Positions 61,649 to 64,000 of a stretch of DNA of 64,000 nt are shown here, in pieces; within the stretch, counting starts at the first letter, position 1; each line of letters opens with the position of its first letter. This stretch comes from a virus. Taxonomy: Duplodnaviria; Caudoviricetes. The position numbers and the translations under genes were made by a program. The notes under the pieces were generated by a model. The model worked only from the letters and a program-made list of their open reading frames with translations, had not been told where the DNA came from and did not search any database. The stretch is from IMG/VR virus record IMGVR_UViG_3300025715_000014, positions 1 to 64,000 of that record; one strand, written 5' to 3'.

Positions 61649-62053
61649 ATGAAACATTTAAAACTATATGAAGAGATCCTTTTTTCTAAAAATAGAAAAT
61701 TGTATAATACAATATTGAATTATATAAAAAGCATAGATCCTGGTTCTATTCAATATGAAGAAGTGCTTAGTTATTCAACATCAGATGATTATATATATTC
61801 TTTCATTATAAAAAATAGAGAAAACATGGATGTGAGTGAAGATGATCCGTGGAGTGAAGAAATAAATAAAAATGACAAGACTGTGGTCATAGCCAAAAGT
61901 GAATCTTATTTACCACCTGGTTTTGAATATTATATTCTTATAAATAATGAAACACAAAATCTATATCAACACGAAATTAAAAATTTATACAACAAGTTAA
62001 GAAAAAAATATTTAGAAGACAAGGAACAGTATGAAGCATTTAAAACTATATGA
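61649..62053 (+). CDS. Leader-family protein, tandem paralogue of 62031
   Basis: MKHLKLYEEILFSKNRKLY; DDPWSEE. Confidence 0.7.
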   Translation: MKHLKLYEEILFSKNRKLYNTILNYIKSIDPGSIQYEEVLSYSTSDDYIYSFIIKNRENMDVSEDDPWSEEINKNDKTVVIAKSESYLPPGFEYYILINNETQNLYQHEIKNLYNKLRKKYLEDKEQYEAFKTI

Positions 62054-62420
62054 AGAGATCCTTTTTTCCAAAAATAGAAAATTGTATAATACAATATTGG
62101 ATTATATAAAAAATATAGATCCAGAATCAATTCGATATGAAGAAAATAACACTTATTCTAATTTAGAAACATCTACTTATTCTATCGTTATAAAAAGTGA
62201 AACCGCAGACGATGATAATGATCCTTGGGGAGAAGAATTAAACAAAAATGATATACCTATAATTATTAGTAAACACACATATTATTCACCACCATTCACC
62301 ACAGAATTCGGTGGTGGAGAAGATTATTTTGTTGTCATAAATAATAAAAAACAAGACCTATATCAACACGAAATCAGAAATTTATATAACAAGTTGGAAA
62401 GAAAATATTTGAAAAAATAA
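62031..62420 (+). CDS. Leader-family protein, tandem paralogue of 61649
   Basis: Near-identical 5' DNA; NDPWGEE. Confidence 0.7.
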   Translation: MKHLKLYEEILFSKNRKLYNTILDYIKNIDPESIRYEENNTYSNLETSTYSIVIKSETADDDNDPWGEELNKNDIPIIISKHTYYSPPFTTEFGGGEDYFVVINNKKQDLYQHEIRNLYNKLERKYLKK

Positions 62421-62433
62421 GAAATAAAAAAAT

Positions 62434-62961
62434 ATGATTAAAACCGAAAAAACCAAAGAAGTATCGTCTTCGAACTTTATGACCACTAAAAAAATAGATG
62501 AGATCATAAATAAGGAGCGTCTTGCGTTACAATTAAAACGCTCGGAGCATATTTGGTTTATGGGAAAAGAGGGTGTCAGAAGAAAAGGCATAAAATTTTC
62601 CATGACACAAGAAGAAGCCGTTGAATACATTAAATGCAAATTATCTGTCTATTATTTTGCCGAGCATTTTTGTAAAATAAAACTCGAAGATGGCACTGTT
62701 GGTCAGATGAAACTTCGCGATTATCAAAAGGATATAATAAAACTTTATACAGAAAATAGATACAGTATATTAATGGCAAGCCGGCAGATTGGAAAATGTA
62801 TCTCATTGACTACCAAGCTTTTATGCAAAAATAATACTGCAGATGAACCATTTTCCATATGTATAGGAGAATTATATTACAAAGAATTAAAGAAAACTCA
62901 CCATTTAAATGTTTTTGAGAAATCAAAATTATTTTTATATAAAATTTTAAAAAAATTATAA
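62434..62961 (+). CDS. Terminase large subunit (T4 gp17-like) N-terminal part fused to a split-intein N-fragment
   Basis: EYIKC...YYFAE.FCKI, LRDYQ, ASRQIGK Walker A, then CISLTT...IGELY intein block A from 62797, stop 54 aa later. Confidence 0.85.
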   Translation: MIKTEKTKEVSSSNFMTTKKIDEIINKERLALQLKRSEHIWFMGKEGVRRKGIKFSMTQEEAVEYIKCKLSVYYFAEHFCKIKLEDGTVGQMKLRDYQKDIIKLYTENRYSILMASRQIGKCISLTTKLLCKNNTADEPFSICIGELYYKELKKTHHLNVFEKSKLFLYKILKKL

Positions 62962-63022
62962 ATAATCTTACTTTTTTGTCTTTATGCCATAAGAACTTTT
63001 ATATATAGAATAAAAAACTCTT

Positions 63023-63991
63023 ATGGAAAAAGAAGATTTAATAACTTGTAAAATTTGTGGCAAACAATCCACTAGAATTTATGGTGCCCATTTAAAATCA
63101 CACGGTCTAACATCCAAAGAATATTTGAATATGTATCCAGGCTCACCTCTTTATACAGAATCGGATAACAAGAAGACTACAAAAAATAGTGGAAAACATA
63201 TGAAACAGGAAAAATATAAAAAAATGTTTTCTGAAATGTTTGGCGGTGACAACAACCCAAATAGTAAATCTAAAACTACAGAAGAGGAAAGAAAACAAAG
63301 AAGCCCATTTTCTAAATCTTTTATAAAATATAAAAATGAAAACGAAGCTTTGGATTTTGCTAGAAAAATTCAGAAAAATATACCAGCTGATAAAAGACCA
63401 ACAAAAATAGAATATTATTTAAACAAAGGATTCAGTAAAGAAGAATCAGAAAAAATGTTATCAGAAAGACAGAAAACATTTACTTTAGAAAAATGTGTAG
63501 AAAAATATGGAGAAGAAAAAGGTAAGGAAGTATTTCAAGCTAGACAAGAAAAATGGCAACATAGTTTAACAAAAAATGGTAATTTGAAATCTGGATTCTC
63601 TAAATCCTCTCAGAAACTATTTTATAAAATCTTAGAAAATTATGATTATAAAGAACATAAATATATATTCTTCGCCACAAAAAACAAGGAAATAAACTTA
63701 CCAAAAGAAAATGGAGGAGTTTGGATTTATGATTTCGCTGACACAAAAAGAATGAAAATCATAGAATATAATGGTGATGAATATCATGCTAATCCAAAAT
63801 ATTTTGAAAAAGATGATATATCACATCCGTTTAGAAAACAATATACAGCAGAACAAATATGGGAAAAAGATAGTAAAAAAATAGAATCGGCCAATAATAA
63901 AGGATTTGAAGTATTGACTATATGGGATTCGGATTATCGTCATAGACCAGATCTCACTCTCCAAAAATGTTTAGATTTTCTTAAAATTTGA
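63023..63991 (+). CDS. Free-standing homing endonuclease (Zn finger, repeats, Vsr/DUF559-like nuclease)
   Basis: CKICG..H..H, KYGEE.G repeat, YDF...IIEYNGDEYH..KD..K..A...GF.VL.IW. Confidence 0.75.
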   Translation: MEKEDLITCKICGKQSTRIYGAHLKSHGLTSKEYLNMYPGSPLYTESDNKKTTKNSGKHMKQEKYKKMFSEMFGGDNNPNSKSKTTEEERKQRSPFSKSFIKYKNENEALDFARKIQKNIPADKRPTKIEYYLNKGFSKEESEKMLSERQKTFTLEKCVEKYGEEKGKEVFQARQEKWQHSLTKNGNLKSGFSKSSQKLFYKILENYDYKEHKYIFFATKNKEINLPKENGGVWIYDFADTKRMKIIEYNGDEYHANPKYFEKDDISHPFRKQYTAEQIWEKDSKKIESANNKGFEVLTIWDSDYRHRPDLTLQKCLDFLKI

Positions 63992-64000
63992 CTAAAAAAA

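Noticed and set aside
1..64000. Genome-wide TAG or TGA recoding
   Set aside because: Long genes translate without interruption in code 11, and both codons serve as terminators; only isolated in-frame stops occur.

Overview
AT-rich, gene-dense segment of a large T4-like (jumbo-type) tailed phage genome. The host is probably Bacteroidota, inferred from a T9SS-sorted protein, TAnnTTTG host-type promoters and few Shine-Dalgarno sites. From left to right: Gly/Thr/Ser-repeat and LamG/beta-propeller tail-appendage genes, a glycosyltransferase cluster, a large set of small accessory genes sharing an N-terminal MKHLKxYE/MKxFxEF leader, cadherin-domain exported proteins, PhoH, lysis genes, a tubulin-tyrosine-ligase-like ATP-grasp enzyme, UvsW helicase, RNase H, DNA methyltransferases, a gp15-like tail completion gene, and a terminase N-terminal gene ending in a split-intein fragment followed by a free-standing endonuclease. 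Four IS200/IS605 TnpB-type elements are present: one intact, one frameshifted, one internally deleted and one protein-free structured-RNA mini element. The most striking locus (44814-45869, minus strand) combines an amber-suppressor tRNA(CUA), a Pth2-like peptidyl-tRNA hydrolase with TAG at codon 3, and a second SD-led mini-ORF (M-S-amber-L-K-P-P-stop), in a genome that otherwise reads normally in code 11. All assignments come from reading motifs by eye; no database searches were run.
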